From: an uncultured Bacteriovorax sp.
Lineage (GTDB): Bacteria; Bdellovibrionota; Bacteriovoracia; Bacteriovoracales; Bacteriovoracaceae
Reading direction: 5' to 3'
NCBI GenBank assembly: GCA_943914745.1
Contig: CALUDF010000001.1
Coordinates: 1 to 49,468 of the forward strand
DNA: 49,468 bases
Part shown: positions 37,712-46,992 of the stretch, one piece after another
Layout of the letters: every line of letters starts with the position of its first letter
How positions within the stretch are numbered: position 1 is the first letter of the stretch
The notes under the pieces: generated by a model
Told to the model about the DNA's origin: nothing
Seen by the model: the letters and a program-made list of their open reading frames with translations, nothing else
Databases searched by the model: none
Program-made: the position numbers and the translations under genes

Positions 37712-39736
37712 ATGTCAGAATTAGCAAAACGCGATCGATTTGGACGCTATCTCATCTTGGATCACCTGGTGGATGGCGGTATGGCAAAGATTTGTCGTGC
37801 TCGCTTTTTGGGTGAGCAGGCAGATAAAGTCGTGGCCATCAAGATGGTCCAGCCGCAGTTTTCAAAAGACGAAGCTTTCAAGTCCATGTTCATGGATGAG
37901 ATCAAAGTTACCTTTGGTCTTCTTCACCCGAACGTCATCCAGACTTATGACTATGGTATGCAAAAGGATCAACTCTTTGTTGCCATGGAGTACTGTGATG
38001 GTCGCAACTTAAAAGAATACCTCGATAAATTAAAAGAGCGCAAGTTCGTCTTCCCGGTTGAGATTTCAACTTATATTATTTCGCAAGCGTGTCAGGGTCT
38101 TTATTACGCCCATACGTTTAGAGATAAATTAACAGGGCAAGAGGCCAATATCATTCACCGTGATATCTCCCCACACAACATCATGCTGACGTATGATGGT
38201 GCGGTTAAGATCATCGATTTCGGTATTGCGAAATCTCAAACTAACTCTGAGTCGACTCAAGCTGGAACGATTAAAGGGAAGCTCTCTTACTTAGCTCCTG
38301 AGTATCTTGAAGGATTGGAACTTGACCCTCGTTATGACCAGTTCGCCCTAGGGATCACTCTTTGGGAGATGCTGTGCTCGAGAAAACTATTTAAAGAAAA
38401 TAACGATCTTGCTGTCTTAAAAAAGATCCAAGAATGTAAAATTCCAGTGCCTTCTTCAATCAATCCAAACGTTCCAAAAGAGCTGGATGAGATCGTCTTA
38501 AAAGCATTGAGCAAGAACCGTTCTAAGCGCTATGAGAATTTAGACCAAATGAACCGCGCGCTTATGAAGTTCTTATACGCTAAATACCCAGACTTCAATG
38601 CGACCGACCTTTCTTATTTCTCTCAAGAGTTATTCAGAGAAGAAATCAAGAGAGACCGCGAGAAAATGTTCGAGTTCGGAAAGATCGACATTAAGCCTTA
38701 TCTTGAAGACTTAAGAAAAGAACAGGAGCGTGGTGGGGCCTCGACTCCAATTGCGGCAAGCTCAGCAGGGACGGACACTCCGGCAATTAAGAAAGAAGCC
38801 GTTCTTGATTTTGGTTTTGAGGACCAGGCGGCGATTAAGAAAAGAAACACGATTACTGTTAAAAAAACATCAGTGACTCCAAAAGATAAAACCCTCAATG
38901 GCGATGATACAGGCGTCTCAAGAAGAATTGCCGATATCAACGACAGCACAATGACGAGCATTAAGAATGCCGGGGGCACGAAATCTAAGGTCAAGGATGC
39001 AACGAAGATCTTAAAAGCTGAAAATAAGACAGATACAAAAAAGGCGACAAAAGATAAAAAATCGTCTCCTTTATCGTATGTTGCCCTGTTCGCTTTTTTA
39101 TTAAGTGGGGCCTATTACTACTACGTTAATTTCTTTAATAATCCATCGACAAAAGTTGCAAGTGAGGCACCGGTCGAGGTTAAAAAAGACAAGAAATCAA
39201 AACGTATTCCAGCGATGGAAGAAGAGATTGCCGAGACGGAACAGCCAGACGGAACAGCTAAAATGACTTTAAGTCATTTTGATAAACAAAAGATGCAGGT
39301 TTTCGTAGATGGCCAGCAGCAGCCGGTAGATCTTCTGAATTCAATCGCTGCACCTGTAGGGAAACCATTTACTCTTCGCGTGCAGATTGATGGCAGAAAA
39401 CATTTTATCAAAGAAATGAATTTAGCAAATAACTCATCTCTGGAAGTTGAAATCCCGGAAATGCCTTCAATTGCCTATGGGTATGTTCATACGGCAAAAG
39501 ACTGTGCGGCGACAGGGGAAGTACGCTTTGAGATTTTTGGAGAAAAACGCGTGAGTCCGGTTCCGATGAATCAGGATTTTGGTGTGGCCTTTCCTTTAAA
39601 TCTTGATGAGTACGGCAAGCTCTCTCCGGCGACCTATGAATTATTTTTTAAGAAGACCGGTGAAGAAATTGAGCGCAAGATTGAAATCACTCTTAAGCGC
39701 GAAGACCAGTCTATTAATCTTTGTGAATTCCTATAG
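37712..39736 (+). CDS. Membrane-anchored Hanks-type Ser/Thr protein kinase
   Basis: GGMA, VAIK, HRDISPHN, DFGIAK, KGKLSYLAPE; one TM segment; extracytoplasmic beta-rich C-terminus. Confidence 0.95.
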   Translation: MSELAKRDRFGRYLILDHLVDGGMAKICRARFLGEQADKVVAIKMVQPQFSKDEAFKSMFMDEIKVTFGLLHPNVIQTYDYGMQKDQLFVAMEYCDGRNLKEYLDKLKERKFVFPVEISTYIISQACQGLYYAHTFRDKLTGQEANIIHRDISPHNIMLTYDGAVKIIDFGIAKSQTNSESTQAGTIKGKLSYLAPEYLEGLELDPRYDQFALGITLWEMLCSRKLFKENNDLAVLKKIQECKIPVPSSINPNVPKELDEIVLKALSKNRSKRYENLDQMNRALMKFLYAKYPDFNATDLSYFSQELFREEIKRDREKMFEFGKIDIKPYLEDLRKEQERGGASTPIAASSAGTDTPAIKKEAVLDFGFEDQAAIKKRNTITVKKTSVTPKDKTLNGDDTGVSRRIADINDSTMTSIKNAGGTKSKVKDATKILKAENKTDTKKATKDKKSSPLSYVALFAFLLSGAYYYYVNFFNNPSTKVASEAPVEVKKDKKSKRIPAMEEEIAETEQPDGTAKMTLSHFDKQKMQVFVDGQQQPVDLLNSIAAPVGKPFTLRVQIDGRKHFIKEMNLANNSSLEVEIPEMPSIAYGYVHTAKDCAATGEVRFEIFGEKRVSPVPMNQDFGVAFPLNLDEYGKLSPATYELFFKKTGEEIERKIEITLKREDQSINLCEFL

Positions 39737-39737
39737 G

Positions 39738-40607
39738 CTACTCGCCTGAGCTCTCTTCTTTTTTTGCCTGCTTGAAAATATTATTTTTTCTCATGCTCAA
39801 AAGTTTCATGATGTCGGCCGCTGTTTCTTCAAGGGCCTTATCGGTCACGTTAAAAACCGGCCAGCGTTTGTTTTCCTTGAAAATCCGGCTCGCCCATTCG
39901 ACCTCTTCGACAATCTTATTGTGTTCAGCATAGTCGCCTTGGTGTTTTTCAGCACCCAGGCGCTGCAAACGGTTTTTCCTGATTTCTCTGAGGGATTCCG
40001 GGTCAATCGTAAGCGCAAAGATTTTTCTTTGGTCGACTTCAAAAAGCTCGCTTGGCAGTGGTTGGTCTTTGATCATCGGGATGTTGACGACTTTGATTCC
40101 ATGCTGAGAGAGGTAGACTGAAAGGGGAGTCTTGGATGTTCTTGAAACACCCAGGAGGATGACATCTGCAAGGTGAAGAGACGCAAGGTTTCTTCCATCG
40201 TCATGGTTAAGAGTGAACTCCATTGCCTCAACACGTTTATAGTACTCGTCGTTTACCGCATGAAGAAGACCTGGCTCACTCATCGGTTCCTGGTTGAAGT
40301 AATTAGAAAAAGCGGTGAGGGCAGGACCTATGAGATCCAGCGTGCGCACGCGTGTTGTGCGTGAGAGCTCGGCAATATACTCGCGCAGTTTTCCTGAAAC
40401 GATAGTGTGGATAATAAGATCGTGGTGGACGGCTGCCTCATTAAAGATGGCATCAATTTGCTCTGTTGTGCGGATGTTTTTATAGCGGGTGAAAAAAACC
40501 TCACGCTCTTTAAACTGGGCCATGACCGCACGAGAGATCGCTGTTGCTGTCTCTCCAGTTCCATCAGAAATGATGATAATCTTCAAGCGCTTGGTTTCGA
40601 GGTTCAT
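39738..40607 (-). CDS. ppsR: PEP synthase/pyruvate phosphate dikinase regulatory kinase-pyrophosphorylase (DUF299)
   Basis: SDGTGETA, HDDG, GVSRTSKTPLS.YL, EETA. Confidence 0.93.
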   Translation of the reverse strand: MNLETKRLKIIIISDGTGETATAISRAVMAQFKEREVFFTRYKNIRTTEQIDAIFNEAAVHHDLIIHTIVSGKLREYIAELSRTTRVRTLDLIGPALTAFSNYFNQEPMSEPGLLHAVNDEYYKRVEAMEFTLNHDDGRNLASLHLADVILLGVSRTSKTPLSVYLSQHGIKVVNIPMIKDQPLPSELFEVDQRKIFALTIDPESLREIRKNRLQRLGAEKHQGDYAEHNKIVEEVEWASRIFKENKRWPVFNVTDKALEETAADIMKLLSMRKNNIFKQAKKEESSGE

Positions 40608-40609
40608 TT

Positions 40610-41572
40610 TTAATCCTTTATAAACTTTTCTACTCTCTCCATTATTTTAACCTGATCATGGAGTGGATTAAAACTTTCTTTTGGGGTTATCTTGTTAAAA
40701 AAGGTCCTTTGGCTTTTGGCCAGCTGGCGGGTGGAGATGGAGATGCGCTCAATACATTGCTGTGCGTTTGCAAAAAGCCCTTGGCGGAACTCTATGGCCT
40801 CTTTGTAGCCAATGGATAGAAGGGGTTTTTCCTCTAGAGAAAAGCCATTTTCGTGAAGACCCGCGATTTCTTCCATGAGTCCTTGAGCAAACATTTCTTC
40901 AGTTCTTCTGGTGATCACCTGGAAATGCTCATCTTTTGGGAGATCGAGATAGATATGCAGGATGCTCCATGGATGAGCAATTTTAGAGAAGTCATAAGGG
41001 TTTTGATCGTCGAGTTCTTTTTTTTGCAGAGAGATCTTAGTCTGAGTGGCTTCAAAATGCTCAACTGCCCGCATGAGCCTGTAATGATCGTTAGAGTGCA
41101 GGGTTATGAGAGACTCAGGATCGTGTTCTTTTAGGTATTCAATAAAAGGGGCGATGCCCTCTTTTTTGTACCACTCGTCGAGTTTATCTTTGATTTCTTT
41201 TGAAGGAGTCGGGGACTCGTACATTCCTTTTAAAAGGGCCCGGAGATAAAAAGCACTTCCTCCTACCAGGATCACAACCTTATCTTCTTTCATTAAATCA
41301 AGAATAACTTTTTCACCGATTTTAATAAATTGAGCAGCGTTCATGGGGCTTTTAATCGATTCGATGTCGATCATATGATGCTCAATACCGGCCTGCTCTT
41401 CGATTGTTGGCTTCGCTGTGCCGATAGAGATTTCTTTATAAAAAAGAAGAGAGTCAAAATTGACGATGGCAGCTTTTTTTCCTAGCTCGTCCTGGATTTT
41501 TTTAGCAATGGCAATACTCGTTTTAGTTTTTCCCGAAGCCGTGGGGCCTGAGACAACGATGAGCTTATTCAT
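40610..41572 (-). CDS. miaA: tRNA dimethylallyltransferase
   Basis: GPTASGKT, DS...Y..I.IGTAKP, VGGS..Y, IGYKE, AKSQRT; downstream of mutL. Confidence 0.95.
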   Translation of the reverse strand: MNKLIVVSGPTASGKTKTSIAIAKKIQDELGKKAAIVNFDSLLFYKEISIGTAKPTIEEQAGIEHHMIDIESIKSPMNAAQFIKIGEKVILDLMKEDKVVILVGGSAFYLRALLKGMYESPTPSKEIKDKLDEWYKKEGIAPFIEYLKEHDPESLITLHSNDHYRLMRAVEHFEATQTKISLQKKELDDQNPYDFSKIAHPWSILHIYLDLPKDEHFQVITRRTEEMFAQGLMEEIAGLHENGFSLEEKPLLSIGYKEAIEFRQGLFANAQQCIERISISTRQLAKSQRTFFNKITPKESFNPLHDQVKIMERVEKFIKD

Positions 41573-43281
41573 GACTTGAAGAGGCCTTTTAGACGTTCAA
41601 ACGAAAGCTCTACTGAAAACTCTGCACAAAGAGGTGTGTTCAGGTGCTTTTCGATGAAAGCATCAGAGACAGAAGGCAGGATGTCTTCAGTTATCAATTC
41701 GTGATAGAACTTCTTGAAAGATTCTTTTTCAAAACCCTGAGTCTTTGGAAGCTCATAGTATTTTATGAGCGCCTCAGCGACAGAGCTTAAAAGAACTTGG
41801 GGAAGAAATTTAGGAATGGTTCTTAGGACAATGTACTCGGCATTTAGTCGGTCAAACTCAAGGCCCAGTGCCTTTAAGTCTTCAAAGTGCTTATCTATTT
41901 TTCCTCTGAGCATTTTAAAAGGCTCGCTGATTAAAAGGGGACCGGCCGACTCATCAGTGAGGGCAAAACTATGGAGTTCTTCGCTGATGGCGCATGAAAG
42001 AAGTTTTCTTAAATCAATTAAGACCGGACGGCCTTGATCAGCAATTAAAAATTGAGAGAGTAAGCGCTGAAAACGGGGAGCGGGAGTGAGCAGAGACTCA
42101 GCTTTAAAAAGGCTATAATCGGATGAAATCTCTTGATTGGTATTGGAGAAATTCATCAGGTCAAAGTTTCTGTTTTCATCTTTTGAGAAAAAAGAAGGAG
42201 TCGTGTTTTGCGTGCTGTGAGAGAGCTCAAGGCCCAAAGGAGCACTCGTCTCTATGGCCTGAGTCTTAATTCCCGCTTTTAGTGAAGTCACCAGAAGCGA
42301 GTAGACGACATCTGATCTTAAGAATTTAATCTGAGTCTTGTTGGGGTGAACGTTGACATCAATGTCTTCGGGAGGAGCTTCGATGTCAATAACGTAGTGG
42401 CCACTTTCTCCAAAGCGCCAGAAGACATCCAGGTTCCTGAGCACTGATTGGTGTAGAGATTTGTCCTGAAAGAATCGCTTGTTCACAAACAGGTAGTGGT
42501 GTCGGTACTGTGGAGTCGTATGGGTTTCTCTCGTGAAGTAAACCTGAACTTTATAACCCTCATATTCCTGAGAGGCCGCGATAATATTTTTGGTTTCACT
42601 TCTTCTGGAAAAGAAGACTTGGGCGATCCTTTCTATATTATTTTCTTTTTCCACTGCCTTAAAAATTTCTTTTTCCTTTTCATCCCATTTGATGGTGAAA
42701 GTCACCTGGGGATGAGAGAGAACAAAAGAGTAGATCATTTTTTTGAGTGCAGATTTCTCACTGACTTTAGACTTAATGAATTTCAGTCTGGCCGGCGTAT
42801 TAAAGAAGAGGTCTTTGATGTAAATGGATGTTCCTTGAGTGCTCGCGCGCTGAGGAATGAGAAGCTCAGTGGCCCCGCCATTAATCACGATTTTTCCACC
42901 GTCAATTTCCAGATTTTTTGGCTGAGTGGTGCATGTCAGACGTGCCGAAGCCGCCACTGAAGCCAGGGCTTCGCCACGGAACCCAAAACTATGCAAACGG
43001 TAGATATCTTCAAAACATTTTAACTTAGACGTCGCATGACGAAGAAAGGCGAAGGGAAGATTTTTAAAATTCATCCCGTGGCCGTTGTCTTCTATGGATA
43101 AAAGGTCCATGCCATTTTCGATTAAGTGCAAATGGATTTCAGTTGATCCAGCATCAAGAGAGTTCTCAATCAACTCTTTTAACAGCGAAGCCGGGCGCTC
43201 GAGAACCTCACCGGCCTTGATCTGGTCGATAATGTGCTCGGGTAAAATTTCAATGGTAGGATTAGAATCTAGTGATGTCAT
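41569..43281 (-). CDS. mutL: DNA mismatch repair protein MutL
   Basis: I.AGEV.ERP, ENSLDAG, HATSK, GFRGEALAS, DVNVHP.K. Confidence 0.93.
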   Translation of the reverse strand: MTSLDSNPTIEILPEHIIDQIKAGEVLERPASLLKELIENSLDAGSTEIHLHLIENGMDLLSIEDNGHGMNFKNLPFAFLRHATSKLKCFEDIYRLHSFGFRGEALASVAASARLTCTTQPKNLEIDGGKIVINGGATELLIPQRASTQGTSIYIKDLFFNTPARLKFIKSKVSEKSALKKMIYSFVLSHPQVTFTIKWDEKEKEIFKAVEKENNIERIAQVFFSRRSETKNIIAASQEYEGYKVQVYFTRETHTTPQYRHHYLFVNKRFFQDKSLHQSVLRNLDVFWRFGESGHYVIDIEAPPEDIDVNVHPNKTQIKFLRSDVVYSLLVTSLKAGIKTQAIETSAPLGLELSHSTQNTTPSFFSKDENRNFDLMNFSNTNQEISSDYSLFKAESLLTPAPRFQRLLSQFLIADQGRPVLIDLRKLLSCAISEELHSFALTDESAGPLLISEPFKMLRGKIDKHFEDLKALGLEFDRLNAEYIVLRTIPKFLPQVLLSSVAEALIKYYELPKTQGFEKESFKKFYHELITEDILPSVSDAFIEKHLNTPLCAEFSVELSFERLKGLFKS

Positions 43282-44189
43282 TAGCCCCTATAGAATTGAA
43301 CCTGATTCCTGCCCCCTTCCTTAGATTTGTAAACGGCTTCGTCAGCTCTCTTAAAGAGGTCTGTCCCAGTGTTTACGCCTTGGCGGTAATCTGCAACTCC
43401 AATAGATGCGGTTACGGGAAGTCGTTTCCCGTCGTAAATAAATTCTTTGTTTTCAATTAATTTTCTTAATCTCTCAGCGATCTCAAAAGACTGCTTTAAG
43501 TTTGTTTTTGGTAAAAGGATGACGAATTCTTCTCCACCATAGCGGGCAAAGACGTCTTGCTCACGGATTCCGTTTGAGCGAATCAGCGCGGCCATTTCTT
43601 TTAGGACATAGTCTCCGGCGTCGTGGCCGAAGTTGTCGTTGAGTTTTTTAAAGTGATCGAGATCGAAGATGATCAGTGATAACGGCTCACCTGTGACTCT
43701 CGACTTATTGACCTCAAGAGTGATCTTGTTGTTAAAATAGCCTTTATTGTAGCAGCCTGTATGCTTATCAGTGTTTGCTTCAAGATTGAGTTTATCGTAG
43801 GTCAGTCTCTCCGGGTCTCCCTTTGGCAGATACTTAAGGGCGATGCTTCCGATTTTAATGATGTCGCCTTTAGCAAGTGGAGTGTGGCCTTCAACTTTTT
43901 TATTATTTAAGTAAGTTCCGTTTTTAGAGCCGCTGTCTTCTAGGACGTGTGTGTCTCCTTCTGCGCGAAGTTTGAAATGATAGCGGGAAACGCCGTTAAA
44001 CTCTAAGGCAATCGAGTTGTCTGCATTTCTTCCTACACCGATGATGGGCTCGATTAAGTCAAAAAGTGTTCCATTCAGATCACCACCAACGACGAGTAGA
44101 GCGGCCGGCTTTTGTTGGGCTTCTTTTTCTGAAGCTTGCAAAGCAGCTCTGATGTCAGTTAAGACAATGGTTGTGTCGTCAGTACTCAT
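43281..44189 (-). CDS. FHA-GGDEF diguanylate cyclase (DgcB-like)
   Basis: FHA (GR, VSRYH, SKNGT), then DLDHFKKLND.FGH.AGD, REQD I-site and GGEEF. Confidence 0.92.
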   Translation of the reverse strand: MSTDDTTIVLTDIRAALQASEKEAQQKPAALLVVGGDLNGTLFDLIEPIIGVGRNADNSIALEFNGVSRYHFKLRAEGDTHVLEDSGSKNGTYLNNKKVEGHTPLAKGDIIKIGSIALKYLPKGDPERLTYDKLNLEANTDKHTGCYNKGYFNNKITLEVNKSRVTGEPLSLIIFDLDHFKKLNDNFGHDAGDYVLKEMAALIRSNGIREQDVFARYGGEEFVILLPKTNLKQSFEIAERLRKLIENKEFIYDGKRLPVTASIGVADYRQGVNTGTDLFKRADEAVYKSKEGGRNQVQFYRG

Positions 44190-44252
44190 TTAACAAAGAT
44201 CCTTTTTTATAGTGATTGCTTAGCCTTTAATTTTAACTAAGGGACACTTTTT

Positions 44253-45524
44253 TTACAACTGGTTCAAAAATTCAAATGCGTAGATCTTTCCTGCTTCAAC
44301 CCCTGGTTGATCAAAAGGATCAATCATTAAATAATCTCCCATTAGGGCGGTTAAGCTCTCAAAAAAGAGAATGAGTTGAGCGAGGTGGTACTCGTCGTTG
44401 CGTGCGATTTTCACATGGATCACCGCTCTTTCTTGCTCGCGCAGGGCCTTTATCGTTCCTTCGAGCTGGGCCTTGATGAGATTGGATAATTTAAAACCTG
44501 ATAGTTTTTGAAGGTTATTAGTCGATAAAGTTGAATGAAGAGGAAAATCAGAAGAGAAGTTCTCAACTTCAATCATGACGTAGGCCTTGTCATTTGGCCC
44601 TTCCATAAAAAGTTGCACTTGCGAGTGCTGGTCGGTGGCACCATAGGCTACGATAGGAGTAAAGCCAATGTTGATGACGTCACCGCGCTTATTTTTCTTT
44701 TTTCCCAAGCTCTCTGCCCATAGTTGGGTGAACCAGAAAGAGAAATTTCTGAGTTTTGAAGAGTATGGCATGCAGACTGTCTGAGAAATATTTTTCTTTT
44801 CCTTAAGTTCATAGAGGAATTCAGTTGCGGCAATCAAATGGTTTTTCTTGCCATCAGTAGAAAGCAAATCGGCCTGGGCATCTTTTGCACCCTGGATGAG
44901 TTTATCAATATCAAGGCCCGCAAAAAGAGCTGGCAAGAAGCCCACTGGGGTAAGTGCGCTGAAGCGTCCACCCACATCACTTGGAACTTCCAGGGTGGTG
45001 ATGTCCCATTCACGGGCAAGGGTTAAGAGTTCGCTTTTGACTGGGTCAGTGGCAAAGACAAAATAGTTTTTATACTCAGAGGGCTTGATCCCGCGAGCGT
45101 GAAACATCTGTGAAATGATGGCCATCGCGGCCATGGTCTCGGCCGTCCCTCCGGACTTAGAAACGAAATAAAATAAACACTCTTTTAAATTAACTTTTTC
45201 AAGAGTTTTAAGTTGGGAGTGGATTTCTTCAGGGTCGATGTTATTGATGAAGATAAACTGCGTCTCACTTTTTCCAAGAGCACTCACAAGCATCTCTGGT
45301 CCAAGGCTTGAGCCGCCGATTCCCACGTGAACAAAAACTTTTCTGTCTTTAAATTGGTTAAAGACATTCTTTGAGGAAGAGGCGAGCTCCGAGCGGGTGA
45401 AAGTGTAAAAAAACTGCGTGCGCGGATTGTTGATGATGCTTTTGAAAGCATCAACCTTTTTTGCCGTTAGGTCTTCTGAAAGATAAGGGCGTTCAGGGTA
45501 AAAGCGAAATGTTAAGCTCATCAT
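44253..45524 (-). CDS. pgi: Glucose-6-phosphate isomerase
   Basis: GIGGSSLG, SKSGGT.ET, VGGRFS, QLWAESLGK, DQHSQ, DQPGVE.GK. Confidence 0.95.
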   Translation of the reverse strand: MMSLTFRFYPERPYLSEDLTAKKVDAFKSIINNPRTQFFYTFTRSELASSSKNVFNQFKDRKVFVHVGIGGSSLGPEMLVSALGKSETQFIFINNIDPEEIHSQLKTLEKVNLKECLFYFVSKSGGTAETMAAMAIISQMFHARGIKPSEYKNYFVFATDPVKSELLTLAREWDITTLEVPSDVGGRFSALTPVGFLPALFAGLDIDKLIQGAKDAQADLLSTDGKKNHLIAATEFLYELKEKKNISQTVCMPYSSKLRNFSFWFTQLWAESLGKKKNKRGDVINIGFTPIVAYGATDQHSQVQLFMEGPNDKAYVMIEVENFSSDFPLHSTLSTNNLQKLSGFKLSNLIKAQLEGTIKALREQERAVIHVKIARNDEYHLAQLILFFESLTALMGDYLMIDPFDQPGVEAGKIYAFEFLNQL

Positions 45525-45528
45525 AATC

Positions 45529-46665
45529 CTAGTGAGTAGAGTATTCTTTTTTTAATTGCCTAGCGATAACCACGCGCTGAACCTGGTTTGTTCCTTCGAC
45601 GATTTGAAGTACCTTCGCATCTCTCATGAAGCGCTCAACCGGGTATTCTCTGGTGTAGCCGACGCCACCTAAAATCTGGACAGCATCGGTAGTCACTTTC
45701 ATTGCCGTGTCTGTCGCTTTTAACTTTGCAAAAGAGGCGATCTTCTGGCTTGGCCTTCCTTCATCATAGAGTGTTGCCGCTTCTTGAACGAGAAGCCTTG
45801 AGGCTTCCGTCTCACAGGCCATGTCGGCCATCATGAATTGCAATCCCTGAAAATCGAAGATCGGTTGATTGAATTGTTGGCGAGTCAGAGAGTATTTAAC
45901 TGATTCATCAAGAGCTCTTTGTGAAAGACCTACACCGATTGATCCGATCGTGATTCTTCCCTTATCTAAAGCGGCCATGGCCACTTTAAAGCCTTCGCCC
46001 TCTAGGAGCAGTCGGTTTTCCTCAGCGACAAAACAGTTTTCAAAAATCACTTCGCGGGTCGGACTGGTTCTCCATCCCATCTTCTTTTCTTTCTTGCCAA
46101 AAGAAAGTCCAGGAGTGCCATCTCTAACAATAAAGGCCGATACACCCTTGCTGCCTTCTGTTCCTGTTCTGGCCATGACGATATAAGTTTTAGCGATTCC
46201 ACCTGAAGTGATCCAGAGCTTTGTCCCGTTAAGAACATAGCCGCCTTCAACTTTTTTTGCCGTCGTCTTAAGGGCACTTGCATCTGAGCCCGCGCCTGAT
46301 TCACTCAAACAAAAAGCTCCGATTTCTTTTCCTGCCGTTAAGGCCGGAAGGAAAGTTTGTTTTTGTTTTTCGTTTCCGAAGTCGTTGATGATGGATTGGA
46401 CCATCGTCGAGACGGAGACAGTGACAGCGTAGGGGACAGAGTACTTGGCGATTTCTTCCAGGGCGATTGCGCAGTCTTGGTAAGTCAGACCTGCACCTCC
46501 GTAAGCCTCGGGAATCGTCATTCCACAAAAGCCCAGGTCACCAAGGTCGGTGAAGATGGACATGCGGAATTCTTCTGACTCATCATCGTGTTCCATGAAG
46601 GGCTCGATCTTGGCGAGGCAGAATTTTTCAAGTTGTTTTTTTAGTTCGGTTTGTAGTTCGTTCAT
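45529..46665 (-). CDS. Acyl-CoA dehydrogenase
   Basis: LSESGAGSD, GTKLWIT, QIVEGTNQVQR. Confidence 0.93.
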   Translation of the reverse strand: MNELQTELKKQLEKFCLAKIEPFMEHDDESEEFRMSIFTDLGDLGFCGMTIPEAYGGAGLTYQDCAIALEEIAKYSVPYAVTVSVSTMVQSIINDFGNEKQKQTFLPALTAGKEIGAFCLSESGAGSDASALKTTAKKVEGGYVLNGTKLWITSGGIAKTYIVMARTGTEGSKGVSAFIVRDGTPGLSFGKKEKKMGWRTSPTREVIFENCFVAEENRLLLEGEGFKVAMAALDKGRITIGSIGVGLSQRALDESVKYSLTRQQFNQPIFDFQGLQFMMADMACETEASRLLVQEAATLYDEGRPSQKIASFAKLKATDTAMKVTTDAVQILGGVGYTREYPVERFMRDAKVLQIVEGTNQVQRVVIARQLKKEYSTH

Positions 46666-46668
46666 TTT

Positions 46669-46968
46669 TTATTTTACCTGAATCATTAGTTTTGAAGAGT
46701 CGAGAAGCCAAATAAGACCATTATAGCTAGCTATTGCAATATAGCGCTCTTCAATGGAGTGAGCTTTGAGATCAATGCCTGCGCAGCTTTTAGCCCTTTT
46801 TACACTTTCGTCTTGTGGACAAAACTTTTTAGTCGCAGCCTTGCACTTTTCTTGAAACACCCAATAATCAGCTAGACACGATTTTATTTTATCAGTCGGA
46901 GTTGCTGGTGTTTGAGCCAAGAGTGAAAAAGACATACACAAAGAAAGTATGAAAACTAATTTCTTCAC
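46669..46968 (-). CDS. Small secreted Cys-rich protein
   Basis: GTG at 46968 after GGAGG gives signal peptide MKKLVFILSLCMSFSLLA; four Cys in the mature part. Confidence 0.65.
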   Translation of the reverse strand: MKKLVFILSLCMSFSLLAQTPATPTDKIKSCLADYWVFQEKCKAATKKFCPQDESVKRAKSCAGIDLKAHSIEERYIAIASYNGLIWLLDSSKLMIQVK

Positions 46969-46992
46969 AGAGACCTCCAAAAATGGATTATT

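Noticed and set aside
42496..42960. 154-aa ORF antisense to mutL, and similar short overlapping ORFs across the window
   Set aside because: Fully antisense to well-supported genes, with no recognisable motifs.
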